A DNA stretch of 64,000 nt. Source: Dimorphilus gyrociliatus (taxonomy: Eukaryota > Animalia > Annelida). How positions within the stretch are numbered: position 1 is the first letter of the stretch; each line of letters opens with the position of its first letter. The notes beneath the pieces were generated by a model, which saw nothing but the letters and a program-made list of their open reading frames with translations, was not told the DNA's origin and did not search any database. The position numbers and the translations under genes were made by a program. The DNA is taken from assembly GCA_904063045.1 (NCBI GenBank), contig CAJFCJ010000008.1:930001-994000 (forward strand), read 5' to 3'. This document shows positions 13,901 through 27,100 of this stretch, in pieces.

Positions 13901-15076
13901 TAGAAAAAAGAAGCAGTTAACATTCCTTTCTAAACGTTTTACCATTACGTAACCTATTTATTTAAGGTAAAATGGGAAGAAAGCTTTCTTTCATTTGTCA
14001 AAATTATCTAAAAGTACTTAAAAAACAACCTTTTCCGCGGAATGAACAACTTTAAAAAGAAAAGAAAAAAAAAACTTTGATAACATATGTTTTCATAGGA
14101 GGCGCGCCTTATCACACGAAAGAGCGGTGTCGCCATCTTTAGTAATTAGATATCAATTCGTCTGATACAAATAAATTTGCCCCATTCCATTTGATAGTTT
14201 ACGCCCATTTCCTTTCATATTTTAAATCCAACAAAGACGTCTTAGACATATTTCCTTTTTCGTTATTTTTAATTATAAACATTAGTTCTACATATTTCAA
14301 GATCAAATACGATATGTTTAAATTCTTTATTATTCTGCACTTAGCTAATGAACAGGGTTCTCTTTTTCTCTTTCTATCAGTCTATCTATCTGTCTGTGTA
14401 ACTTGTCTCTCGCTCTTGCCCTTCTCCCATTGCTCTATTTCGCTTTACCTCTCTCTCTCTCTCCTTTATTAGCAAATCAGTTCGTTGTTTATCTATATTT
14501 TTTTTTTATATAGCAAGCAAATGATTATGTTTAATCGCCTTTCACCGCAGTTATTTTAAGCTGTTTATCTACACAGGAAAGTAACGGCTTTTCTAAATTT
14601 ACCATAATTAATTAATGAATGAATTGATAAGGGTAATTTATTAAGCAAAAAAAAAAAATAATCAAACAATCTTAAACGTTACGTTACTTTTGCAAAAGAA
14701 AAGAGTTAAATTATTATTATCCTTTAACGCAATCGTTAACGATCACTTTGGAAAATATAATATTTAATGCATTTTTCCGTCAATACGCTTATTCTCGTAT
14801 TTATTTGGGCTTTCCAATGCTAACAAGTTTTATAGATTTTAATTTTTCACAAATAAAAAGCTAATTGATACAATTCGTTGATAGTTTTGTTTAAAAAAAG
14901 AATTATTCTAGTTCACGCCTAGGCCTATATAGCAAAGTAGTTAACGACAGGTGTTAAAAATATATGAACTTGTTAACAAAAAACAAAAAATAATTAAAAT
15001 AATGGTAGCAAATTTATTATTATTGTTTGTTAGAAAGCGAATGGATGGAAACGGTTAGAAAGTAATAGTAATTATT

Positions 15077-18000
15077 ATGGAATACGACGATTCTGACGAT
15101 GATTCAGTTCAAGATTATGAATATAAGTATGTTAGAAGGAGAGGAAAGAATTTCTGTACTTGTTGGCCGGAAAGGAATTTTTCTTTTCAGAGAATGAATA
15201 TTGACTCTTATTTTTACCTGCAAACAAATCAACCTCTCGATAAACCAAGTGATAATTTAGATGAAGTGCTTAGTCAAGGTAATTTAGATTTTTCATCTCT
15301 TGTTTATCTTCCTTCATTCCTTTGCCCATTTATCTTATTTCGAAATAGCAATATTATAGATACGTAACAGTTGACCAACAAACAGAAATAAATATGATAA
15401 AATTTCTTGAATACGTAGTTGTTATCTCTAATTGATTATAGAGAAGTAATCTTAATAGATTTTTTCTTCCTTAATCAAAGCTTATTCAATTATAAAATAA
15501 CAACTTAAAAAACTATGTAAAGAGGAATGCAACTATCAAGTATATTGATACTAAATAATTGAAAACATGATTAAATTACAATTTATATGTACAGAATGAA
15601 TTTACTTTTATACTTATAGCTTACGTATATTCAATACGATTTATAATCAAGAAAATAGATATTTTGGAGAGTATGCATAAATTGTATTCTAAGAGCAAAT
15701 AAGGCAATTGTTAAAGGGATAGTTGTGGAAGTAAAATGAAAAAAAAGAATTCAATTTTCTCATTTCTAACAATCATTCGACGAATATTTAATATAATTGT
15801 CAATTGTATTTTAATGCCAACTATACTCTATTTACATATATAATAAATAGACTTTATTAAATTAATTCATAAAAAAAATGGGCAATTGTTTACTTTAATA
15901 CACTTTAAATTATTGTATAAAGTATATTCTATTTACATAGGTATAATGCATATAACAATCTTTATTTATTGGACCAATTTAATTAATCTAGTATATATAT
16001 TTCTAATTTTATAGTTGAAACTATTTCGGAAAGAGATGATAAAGATAGTTTGTTGTACGAGGAGGATGAAGATGGTGGACGTTGTGGAAATGGTTGTTGG
16101 GGCGATGAGGACGATTCATTGGAAACTGATTATCTCCTAGGAGAAATATTTAGATATCAATACGGTCCTTTCTCTGCGCTAGCTCCTTCAATGATACCGA
16201 GAAATATGACTTCAAAGTTCAATAATAATGTTGATAAATTTAATTTATAATTCAATATAGAATTAGGTGAATTTAATATTTACTTTTAATTTCATTTCTA
16301 GCACGAATACGATATTTTAAATTTAAACTACGACGAATTCGGCAATAAAATCGAAGGTTACCTTCTACTATTCCTTTTGAATAAATAACGAAATCCAATA
16401 ATTAATCAATTATATCATTTACTTTAAATAGATAGCTATTATAAACATTCGAATAAATTGTTAAATAGTACAACACTTAGAGATGTACAACAACGTAAAC
16501 AATGGATTGGTTTTCTAAAATTATTACAAAAGGAATCTGAGCTTCATTCGTGGAGGATGGTTAGAAATCGTCTACCAAAAACTAAAGAATTATACGATAT
16601 GGTTATCAAAGGCATACCCCATTCTATAAGACCTAAAATTTGGATTAGACTGACAGGTGCATTAAGTAAAAAATCAAAACTAGTAACATCTTATACGGAT
16701 ATGGTTAAAGCGAGCTCTATTGATCAACTACAATCTTCAAAACAGATAGAGAAGGTAATATGTTGTATCTTTATTTGTTCGCTATACAAGATTTACTAAT
16801 AAATAACCTTGTTCAAAATAGGATTTATTGAGAACAATGCCAAATTCTGCTTGTTTTTGCAGTAAAAATAGCATTGGAATTCCGAAATTAAGGCGTTTGC
16901 TAAGAGCAATTGCGTGGCTCTACCCTGATATTGGTTATTGCCAGGGTACAGGAATGGTAATCTTATAGTATAATATACAGCGATGTTGACTAGATTATAT
17001 CAATTCTGTATAATTCGTACGATAGATAGCTGCCTCGATGCTGTTAATTCTAGAGGAGGAAGATGCTTTTTGGATGGTATGTTCAATTATAGAGGATCTT
17101 CAACCGACTTCGTATTACTCGAATTCACTCTTAGGAGCTCAAGTATAAACAATTACTTGTATTATTTAACAAAAGTTTTTCTCTAAAGATTAGCCTCTTC
17201 TCTGTTAATTTTATTATTATTTTTCTATGATTAGGCAGATCAAAGGGTCTTAGCACAATGTATTAAGATTTATCTACCGGAAGTTGATAAATTATTACAG
17301 GAATACGATTTAGGTAAGGAAAAATATATCAAATTAATAAAAAGTATATAATTAGAATCTTTTAAAAAAATTACAATAGATGCTTCCGTAATATTTCTTC
17401 ATTGGTTCTTAACGGCATTTGCTAGTGTTGTAAATATAAAAGTACTCGTTAGAATATGGGATATCTTCTTTTTCGACGGTTCTATATTTTTATTTAGAAT
17501 TACCTTAGCAATACTAACATTAAAGGTAAAAATTGTAACTTTTAAGTACGTCGGATGTAATTAATCGTTAATTATAAATATTCTTTTTTTCTATATTTCC
17601 TTAGGAAAAGGAACTACTCAGTTGTAATAATGCTAATGATTTTGTTTTGACTTTATCCGAAGCGCCAACTTGCATTGATGATATTGAATATTTAATTCAA
17701 ATTTCAACTGGATTTTCGAGTTCTCTTACGGAAAATCTTATTGAAACTTATAGGAGGAAATATCTCGCTTCATTACTAACTTCGAAATGTCCAAATAGTC
17801 AGCTAGATTCAACGAAAGAACGATCGGGACAGGTTATTTATTAAAAGAAAATAATATATAAATAATTTAAATATCCTATTTAGAATCTGGCTAAGAGATT
17901 TTCGTGGGGTTCTTGGCCGGCTATATCAAATGTTTTAAGGGTTACCAACGAAGATGACGAAACGCTTGAATCAAAAAATATTAGACAAACTAATATTATA

Positions 18001-19340
18001 GTTAATCTAAGAGAAGCTATACTGCAAATTGGCAAACATTTCCAGTCTCTTGATACTGAAAATATTAAATTGGTTTAAACTACATTTTTAATATTGTTAA
18101 TAATATTAAATTTATCACTAACGAAATTATATCTACTTTTATAGAATTTAATGGTCGATTATACGATGAACAGTCATGCTAAAGATCTTGAAAATTACGC
18201 ATCAGTAGATAAACACCATAGACGCCGGGCGAAGGCTTTAATTGATTTTGAAAATCATAATGAAGATGAATTAACATTTCATAAAAATGATATTATCACA
18301 GTAATAGAAAAAGCAATACTTATTGCCTTTTTTTTAAATCTCTTCAATATTAGTAGATGCAATAATCCTCTCATTGCTTTTAAATAGATTATTTCGAAGT
18401 GGGATGAACATATTTGGATTGCTGAATTGAACGGTGTCCGAGGGTGGATACCCGCTCAATTCGTTGAACTACTGGATGAGAGGAGTAAGAGTTACTCGTG
18501 TGCAGGAGATGATTCCGTTTCGGAAGCTATTACTGATTTGGTAAAAGGAGTGTTTGTATTAAATTAACGTTTCCTATTAACGCTATAGCTTTTTCTTTAT
18601 TCAGATTATACCCATCTATTAAAGCTGTATTTGACTATGGCCTTAAAACATCGATGCTTTATCAGGCGCATCCATGGTACTTTATAGAAGAGGTAACATT
18701 ATTATTCTAAGTACTAGACTAGATTTTCCACCTATAATATATTATTAAAGGCGACATTAGAAGAAGCTGACAAGCACTTAAAAAGTGTACATTCTCGTCT
18801 TGTTTTATGTAAAACTTATAAGTTAGACGAGGACAGCAAAGTATTAACTCCTGAAGAATTACTATACAAAGCTGTTCGAAGTATTAATACTACACATAGT
18901 TCAGATCGATCTTTGTTGGACAAAAAGTTCTGTAGCTTAATTTATTATGGACTTAAGTGAGTATATTAGCATATTTTTTTATCTAAACTTTTTACTAATA
19001 AGGTATGTTTTTCGTCTCAGCGAACAAATCCTTCATTTATGGCTTGAGAATTTATGTTCTTCAACTAAAATTGTAAATAAGTATTATCATCCATGGTCTT
19101 TCATTATGAGCCCTGGCTGGGTGCAGATAAAATGCGAACTAAGGTTCAAATTTGTGTATATTTTGTCAAACACTTGATTCTTTGTTTTAAAAAAACAGAG
19201 TTTTAGCAAGATTACCATTTTCTTTATCAAAAAATAGTCATTTTTCAAAGAGGAAATGTTTAAGGAAGCATATGAAAGAGATAAAAGCTGCTGTTTGCGA
19301 TATGTTGATAAAACGTCATCTGTTTAGTTGGGATATGTGA
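15077..19340 (+). CDS. SGSM3: Small G protein signalling modulator 3 (TBC-SH3-RUN Rab GAP), multi-exon; first exon less certain
   Basis: GPFSAL, YDEFG, IEKDLLRTMP (Arg finger), YCQGTG (Gln finger), SH3 [11 protein letters not shown]...[23 protein letters not shown]-terminus HLFSWDM*. Same motif order as known SGSM3. Confidence 0.95.
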
Positions 19341-19686
19341 AAACAAAAATACATAGAAATAAAAGAAACAAAGAAAATGTTTTCTATTTATAGACCTCCC
19401 CCCTCCGCTCATCACAAAAAAAGCAATTCCAACTAAATATATTCGATTGTTTTATCTTTCAATAAATAAATAAGAAAAATATTGAATATCTAGTTGCCTG
19501 TTCTTTTTTTAAAGAAAAAACATTAATAGAGCATCCTGTTCATTATTTCTATCTAAAGTATCTAAAGATAGTTTAGAACTACTTAATGAATTAGTATACA
19601 GTATATATTTAGTTTCTAAAGATTTTCCCATTGTATTATATTACTAAAAATGGAAAGGAAAACATGTTACTAATTAATGAATAATG

Positions 19687-19689
<3 letters not shown>

Positions 19690-19731
<42 letters not shown>
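19690..19731. repeat. (TA)21 microsatellite
   Basis: Seen directly. Confidence 0.95.
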
Positions 19732-19733
<2 letters not shown>

Positions 19734-20690
19734 CGTATATTACAACAAAAATGTACAATTAAATGCAATACAATTGATTAGATGCTAGATGTTCGTTTTT
19801 AAACGTAGAGTATTTTCCTAGAATTAATTTTTAATCCTATTTATAGGATGTGCTCTTATGAAAAAGACTATTTCAACATCTTTAAATGGTAACAATTATT
19901 TAAATAACAACATTTTTCATTAATTGAATACGATAGCATCTTGCATTGTAATCTTTTTAAGAATATTAATATTGGTTACATTTGGATGAAGACAATAGGA
20001 TGAGATTATTGAATTTTATTGTTCTTCTAACCTCACTGTAATAAGTTAAATTACATCATTTCGTTCGAAGAGTTTCTTTATCAAACGGGAAAGAGAAATA
20101 TAGTGCCTATCTCTGTCAATAAAGATAATTAGAAGTTGATATATAATAAAAGGAAAATTTTGAACATGTCCTATTTTTTCAATCATTGATCTATATGTAA
20201 ATAGGCCATAATTTGATTATAATGTAATGATAGTGACTCATTGTGTTCTGTATTACAGAAGACTATGTTTGATAGTGCAATCTAATACTAGCTAATATTT
20301 ATACATAGATACTATTGCGTGAACCTATTAATATCTCGCTTTAAAATCATTTCGTATTAATTATAAGAGTACAAAGCATTTGCATATGCTAATGAATTGA
20401 TTATTTGGTATTATCGCTTATCTTTGAACTGATTTCTAGTCTAATGATATAGCATCATGAAACAGTATTCACCTCAAAGAAATACTAAAAAAAATATATT
20501 ATATCTATATAACATATAAATATATGAATTAAATTATCATGGCCTAAAGTACACCTATACACAAAGATTAGATAAAAGAACATTATCACCGTTAAAAGAT
20601 GTTGAACTTATATCTATAGATTCTTTCAGGTCGCTAATTAGACTTCAGCTAGTGCTAGTGAATAGGAGCTTTAACTTTATAATCAGAATC

Positions 20691-22183
20691 ATGGGTGGAT
20701 CATCAGGAAAACTGAGTTGGCCAAGTGTAGCTTTACCAGAAGACCATACGGTTATAGTTACAGGCGGAAATAGCGGTAAAATTATCATTTTTATCTAAAT
20801 TTTACGTTAAACTTTGTGTAAGGACTAGTTACTTTAACTTTGCAAATTATTTTTTCCTATTAAAATAGGACTGGGCTTTGAAACTGCAAAACATTTAGCA
20901 TTAATGGGAGCAAGAGTTATTATAGCTTGTAGATCAGAAATTCGAGCTAGAGCTGTAAGTTATTTGAACAAAAGTATTTTATAGTCAGGAAATTCGATAA
21001 AAATGAAATTTTCATCTTTTCCTTAGGCTATAATGAGAATAAAAGCGGATCACATGGAATTTAACGAATTAAGTGAAGAAGAACGATTATGGGATTATCC
21101 TTTAATCAGTGAACCAAGAGTAGAGTTCATGTACTTGGATTTATCATCTCTAGAATCTGTTCAGAGATTCATACAAGAATTTAAGATGACCGGCTACTCG
21201 GTAATTATACACAAAGCCTTATCGCGCCTAGAGCAGTAATCATTTTATTATATTTGTTTCTTTCATAATTTATCAACTATAGCTTAATACCCTTATCTGT
21301 AACGCTGGAGTTGTCATGGTTCCGTTTGAGAAAACAGTCGATGGCTACGAAAAACATTTTCAGGTCAACTACCTGTCTCATTTTTATTTAACACTTGAGA
21401 TGTTGCCACTTCTCGAAAAAGCAGACGATGCTAGAATTGTCCTTGTTTCAAGTAAATTACACGAATCGGGAAATTTCAGTTTTAAAACTCTACAAGGAAA
21501 GACTAAATACGATAGATCGGCTGCATACGCAAACTCCAAATTATATATGGTAGTATTTCTTCTCTCTCTTTCAATCCGATAAGATACACTAATTTTTTTC
21601 TTATCTATATTTAAAATTAGGTTATGCTCATGTTTTCATTGAAGAGACGTTTGGCAGGTAAAAAAATTAATGTATTTTGTGCCGATCCAGGATTAGTTCA
21701 CACTAATGCATCAAAAAATTTCCGAGACGACAAAACGTTAATGACAAAATATAAGGTAATCTTTTATATAATTCAGTTATAATTACAGTTGATTAACTCT
21801 TTTTTTCGGTAGATGGCTAAAGCCTTTGGTATGCTACAAACCGATATTACTGTTGGCGCTGCAACCATAATTAATGCAGCAATTAACCCTCACCTGGAAG
21901 AGATGAATGCAACGTACTTTAGGGACTGCATTCCTGTCACGCCTGCTATTTCGTCCAGGTAAAGATAAAATATTTCTTCTAACTACATTATTACGCAATC
22001 GATTCATTTTCACATATGTTTAATAGAAACCAAAAGCTTCAAGAAGTCCTTTGGACATATAGCTTAAAATGTCTACTTGGAGAAAATCAGTCGAAAGAGA
22101 AAGTGTTAAATGATGAATCCATCCAGACTTTAAGAACAATATTCCATGACGTTACTATGGAAGATATTTATCCTTCAAAATAG
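20691..22183 (+). CDS. Short-chain dehydrogenase/reductase of the RDH11-14/DHRSX/WWOX-like group, multi-exon
   Basis: TGGNSG|LG Rossmann motif, NAGVM, FQVNYLSHF, catalytic YANSK. N-terminal MG. The GT-AG junctions checked keep frame. Confidence 0.92.
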
Positions 22184-22378
22184 AAACAATAATTTTATAG
22201 ACTATCCTAAATGACTTACCAATAGTACTAAAAATATATTAGGCCTATGTCTATAGAGTATTGTTAATTTACTTAGGCTTTCATTAGAAAACACTGAAAA
22301 AAAAACCGAGTAAAAGGTACTTAATGTATGTATAAAGATAGTATAATAGATGTGTTTATTTTCAATGTCAACAGAATT

Positions 22379-22413
<35 letters not shown>

Positions 22414-22812
22414 CTTTATATATATTTAAATCTATAATATATATAAATTTATATGTATTCGGTCTATTAGAAACATTTGTATACGTACGTATCAAAACCA
22501 GTTTATATAGAAAAAACGAAAGGTTCACTTTTATTTTGAACTATGTTAATATCATGAAAATAAATGAATATGGATGGCATATTTTTCTTGTGAATGGAAT
22601 GATTTACTCTACTTTCTATTCGTAATAAATAATAATAATAATCTGGCATGTCTAGCTGTCATTCTCTGTATCATTCGGCTTTCGGCTAGCAAGCGCTTCT
22701 AACGAAGGAAACCGGTAAACTTACCTAACGAAGTTTAAAAAATAAATTACTTTTTCATTTTTGTCTTAAAGATTAATAGTAGAATTTTAAATTGGAGCTT
22801 TTTAAACAATTT

Positions 22813-23434
22813 ATGGCAGAAGATAATTTAGGTATATATCAGACCGATTTCCTATTATTTAGTCTATTTTATTATTTTAATGAGCGATAATATGCAGACT
22901 ATTCTTCGGAACATTCTAAAGTTCATTTTACGGAGGATTCAGGGAGCAAGACGCATGAACCTGAGATACGCGTACAATGTTTAGAAGATCACGCAGATAT
23001 TCACTTAGGATGGTTGCAGGTTAGGATTAACCAATTAGGAAAATACCTTGTATAATAATATAGGGACTTGGATACCTGATATTTGTTTACAGATGAAACA
23101 CATTTACCGTGTTAACTTCGATATTGACACGGATCTCTGCGAAGATATTGACTCAGATCCATTAGAGAACCTACATGCGAAAGTTATCAGTGTTAAATGG
23201 AAAGATGGTAAACATTCCGTAGAATTGGATTTGGAGCCTCATAAAGAAAAATTGATCAAAGAGAAGTTAACTCTCTACGAGAGAAAGGCAAAGTCAGCTA
23301 AAAAATTCGAACTTATACTTCATGCCCGGGTTTTGGGAGTTGGAAAAGGTACACCATCGCTGAAGAAAGGTATCAAGATCATAAAATCAATGCGTGATGA
23401 AGAGTCCGATCAAAGCGATTGGCAAGGTTTTTAA
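22813..23434 (+). CDS. ADISSP: ADISSP/C20orf27 (UPF0687) homolog, 3 exons
   Basis: KVHF (PP1-binding RVxF type), HARVLG..GTP and the diagnostic C-terminus SDWQGF* (human SDWHGF). Junctions are in frame. Confidence 0.9.
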
Positions 23435-23482
23435 CATGCTATATATTTATACATATTTAATTATTGGATATTTTGCTGTTGA

Positions 23483-24007
23483 TTAAATACTCAAAAACAT
23501 TCTTTCAAGTTCTCGTCTGTTTTGTTTTTTCTCAATAGTTCCTTGTTGCCTATCAGCTATCCGCTTTTTACGTTCCGTTTCCGGTATACTTATGTGACGC
23601 TTTAAGCTTTCGCGTAGGCCTATAAGCGTCATTCTTTTCGAGGTTGGTTCGCGTACCAGACTACCCTGAGTATTTATCTCCGGCAATGATATTCCGTAAC
23701 TTATCGGATTAGACGACGTCTCTCGCGATACCATACCTTTCTTTCTCTTTTTCTCCACTACGCTCCTGTGTCCTATTTGTATAGGCGAGGGAAGGCGTCC
23801 TTGTCTTTCCATTGAGTCCGCCAGTTTACGGTAATCTTGAACAGTCCTCAATAAACGTAAAGATTGTCGGTCATTCCTAGATCTCATATCAGCGCTAAGC
23901 AATCGCCATGACATAAAGCTTTCCTCTTGTTTTTGCAATAGTTTGTGATAATCCGACATCCAAATGGATCGCGGAGTTAAATTGAGTTCTGTGTCTTGCC
24001 TGCGCAT
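23483..24007 (-). CDS. Single-exon 174-aa basic orphan protein
   Basis: ATG-initiated 174-codon ORF, GC-richer than its flanks, not overlapping another gene. No family recognised. Confidence 0.65.
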   Translation of the reverse strand: MRRQDTELNLTPRSIWMSDYHKLLQKQEESFMSWRLLSADMRSRNDRQSLRLLRTVQDYRKLADSMERQGRLPSPIQIGHRSVVEKKRKKGMVSRETSSNPISYGISLPEINTQGSLVREPTSKRMTLIGLRESLKRHISIPETERKKRIADRQQGTIEKKQNRRELERMFLSI

Positions 24008-24150
24008 ATTTTTTATGCTTTATGCTCGGCTAACGCTCTACGCAAAACATATTAATCCGGTATTCAAAAATGAACAATATATCTAAAGATTATTATTTAG
24101 TAATATAAACCAAATGTCGTCTACAGTAGCAAAAAAACACTAAAAAATGG

Positions 24151-27100
24151 TCAATACTTTGTAACCCAGGCGCCTTTTTTATTTAGTAACCGATTAAGGA
24201 CTTTCTGTTTAAATATTTGAGCTCGTAGCTTGTTTCGCTTTGCTTCCGCTCTTCTCCTCTCTTCTAATTGCTTTTCGGTAATTTCTGGGAGTGTTTTATA
24301 CAATTTTGCCGATCTCTCTCTAGCTTCCTTCAATGACACACATCTCTTTCTTGGTCTAAATAAACGATCAAATCTCGGATCAAAGCAAGCATCTCTTTTT
24401 CTATCGCTCTCGGCAGGTTCCCAAAATAGTTCACCCCTTTCACCAGCTCTAACAGTTTCGATTCGTCTCTCTTCGGCTCTAAGCCTTACACATTTTCTCC
24501 TTTCTTCAATATTTGAAATAGTTCGGCGTTTCTGGCGTTCGAACGCATCTTGGAGCGTTCCTTTTTGGTCAATTTTTAAGCTACGCCTTAGCTTGTTTAA
24601 TAAGTCAACATCCTCGAAATTATTCAAATTTGACTTTTTGCTTTCGGAAAGAGTTTTTCTCTTTGAGTATTTAGGGCTTTCAGTAGCTATGAACCAAGCT
24701 TGAGACGTATTTCGTTTGAAAGTTGCTGGCTGATCAATTGTCCATGCCGTTGATGGCCTATGTCTTGTTGAATGATTCGATTTTGTGGAATAATTTACTT
24801 TTGGCTTTGAACTAGAGGTAACTTTTTCCGGGACGGATATAAATGGTCTTTCATTTGACGTTGACGTTGAATACTTCCATATAGAGTCGATTGATGATGG
24901 ATGATTATTAGTGAAATTCTCCTTGTTTTCATCTCTTTTGTTTTTTGTTCTCACAGGAGACGTTTGCACAGATTTTTCCATAACAGTTTGCACGGCTTTT
25001 TCGTTCAACGAAATTGGAGATGGTACATTTACTCCTACGTCTCTTTTTCCCTTAGACGAAGGAACTTTCTTGGCTGTCGGAGATGAATTCTTTCTTGTTG
25101 ACTTTTTCGAATAATCTACTTGCTTTAATCGGAGAGTGGTTGGAGCTGGAACAGCAGGTCTACGAACAGCTGCGGCTGGTCTCTTAGTCATTGTTTTGGT
25201 CGGTGGGTGTCTGGATGGAATGCGTTCATAACTTTCTTTATATTTAGTCTTCTTTTCACTCAGATCAGAGTCTTCTACCATTGTAGAGCTATCAGTTGTT
25301 CTTAAAGCACTGTCGGTTGAGACAGTAGTTGATTCATCTTTTTCAATAGCTTCAGCTGCCAGCTTCTCTAATTTGGAAATCTTTTCTTTACGTTTTTGTT
25401 CCATATATCTACCTCTTAAAAGCTTCTCTTTTTGGCGACGAATTTTAGAGTGTAATTTTAATAATTTAGGATCATCCGGAAGATTTTTCTGTCTATCAGA
25501 TGAATGAGTAACTGAGCTTTCTAAAGTTGAATCTTCTGGTATACTAGTAAGTGTGGAGCCTGAATCTTGGCTTGTTGTTCCATTGCAATATATATCCAAT
25601 CGTCGCTTAGAGTTACGACCAGCAGGGTTTAGGATAATTTCGACATCACTTCGTTCACTTTGTTCGCTACTTTCACTATGTCTTTCTGCTCCTACGTCAG
25701 ATCTCCTTGATGGTTCCATTTGTCTGAGGAGATCTTGCTCATCGAGCGATAGAGTTGTACTCTGATAATTACTTTTATTTACATTTTTCTCTTCGCTCAT
25801 CTTAATTGGATCTCGCTCATTCAATTCCTCAGGCTTAGAATAGGTAAAATGTTTGTTGTTAAATTCTAAAGCTGATCTACTCTGATTTAACAACCGTAAG
25901 AGGCGTTCGGTTGTTGGAGAATACACTTCTTCATCTTCTCCTCTAATTAATATATCATCAACTTTATTACTAGCATCGAGAGCTGTTGCAACTGCTCTTC
26001 TTGCCCTTTGAGTAGTTTCAGAGTCAGGTCTACTAGAAACCGAACGTTGAAAATTTATATTTGAAGGTAAATCACGATATTGATGCCATGATGATTCAGA
26101 TGTAGGTCTGAAAGATGTTAAAATAATTACTCTCTTTTATACAAAAATATACTATATATATATAATAATAACGTTTTCTTATCTATTTCTCCAAAACTTT
26201 TCCGTTCTTTAGGTACGGACCAAGTTCTGTCATCTGATGTAAAATCTTGGCTTGTCGTAGCATACAGTCGACTAAATGTAGGGGTGTCTGTTTTATCGTC
26301 ATTATGTAAGGACTGATAACTTCTAGCTGCTATTCTTTCAATCTCTTCATCTTTCGCTTTACTTTCGTCTGGTAAAGCACTACTCAGCTCATCTTCTACT
26401 ATTGACAGATTTTCGTTCGCATTATTTTCGTTTGTATTGGATTCAAAGTGTCCATTTAACCACTTCTCCGTATCTTTAATAGACCGATTTAAGTCATCAT
26501 TAGCATCTGACTGTTCAAAAATGGTTCCTAATTGCTCTTCGGTCTGAGCTTGAGGTTTAGAGTAGATACCTTCAGACGGTGCAGGATCTCTTCTTGTTCC
26601 ATATGCCCAATGAGGGAGAGATGGCGGTCTAAAGTCGTCGCTTCCCGGATGAGTAGATTCAATCGTTGTATCACTAGGCGCTTTAGCGGTATCGCTGTGG
26701 AAAGAGAAACTCATGAAAATGATTAAATAACGGGCAGCGACAAGGTAGACGAAAGAGCGGGCAACTTAAAATAAGGCTATTTATTCACAATAGGATTATT
26801 AACAATACGAATAAATTATTTAAGGAATGTTTACCTTTTTATCGATCGAGCGGAGGGTCTATCTTGGTGTTCACTGTGCGGACTCCTAGCTGATATTTGA
26901 CGGGAAGGAGAGCTACTCGGGCTGTAAAAATAACTTTCTTAAACCATCAGTCATTATGGTTATAGCTTAGTGCATACCTAGGGCTTAAAGTATGTTCCGA
27001 AAGCGTATCACCTTTCCTTTCTCCATCTTCCACTCTTTTGTGTCTTAAATTATCAGCTTCCAAATCCAGTTTTAATGACAATTCATTTTCTTTCATTTCC

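Noticed and set aside
24230-24703. 157-aa + strand ORF (also 31504-31794, 32363-32833, 47233-47544 and other antisense ORFs)
   Set aside because: They lie exactly opposite well-supported coding exons and have the S/L/F-rich composition of reverse-complement frames.
26696-26770. Alternative acceptor in an ALMS-like intron giving a Cys-rich truncated tail
   Set aside because: The downstream acceptor at 26696 has a far better pyrimidine tract and preserves the long frame. No other support.
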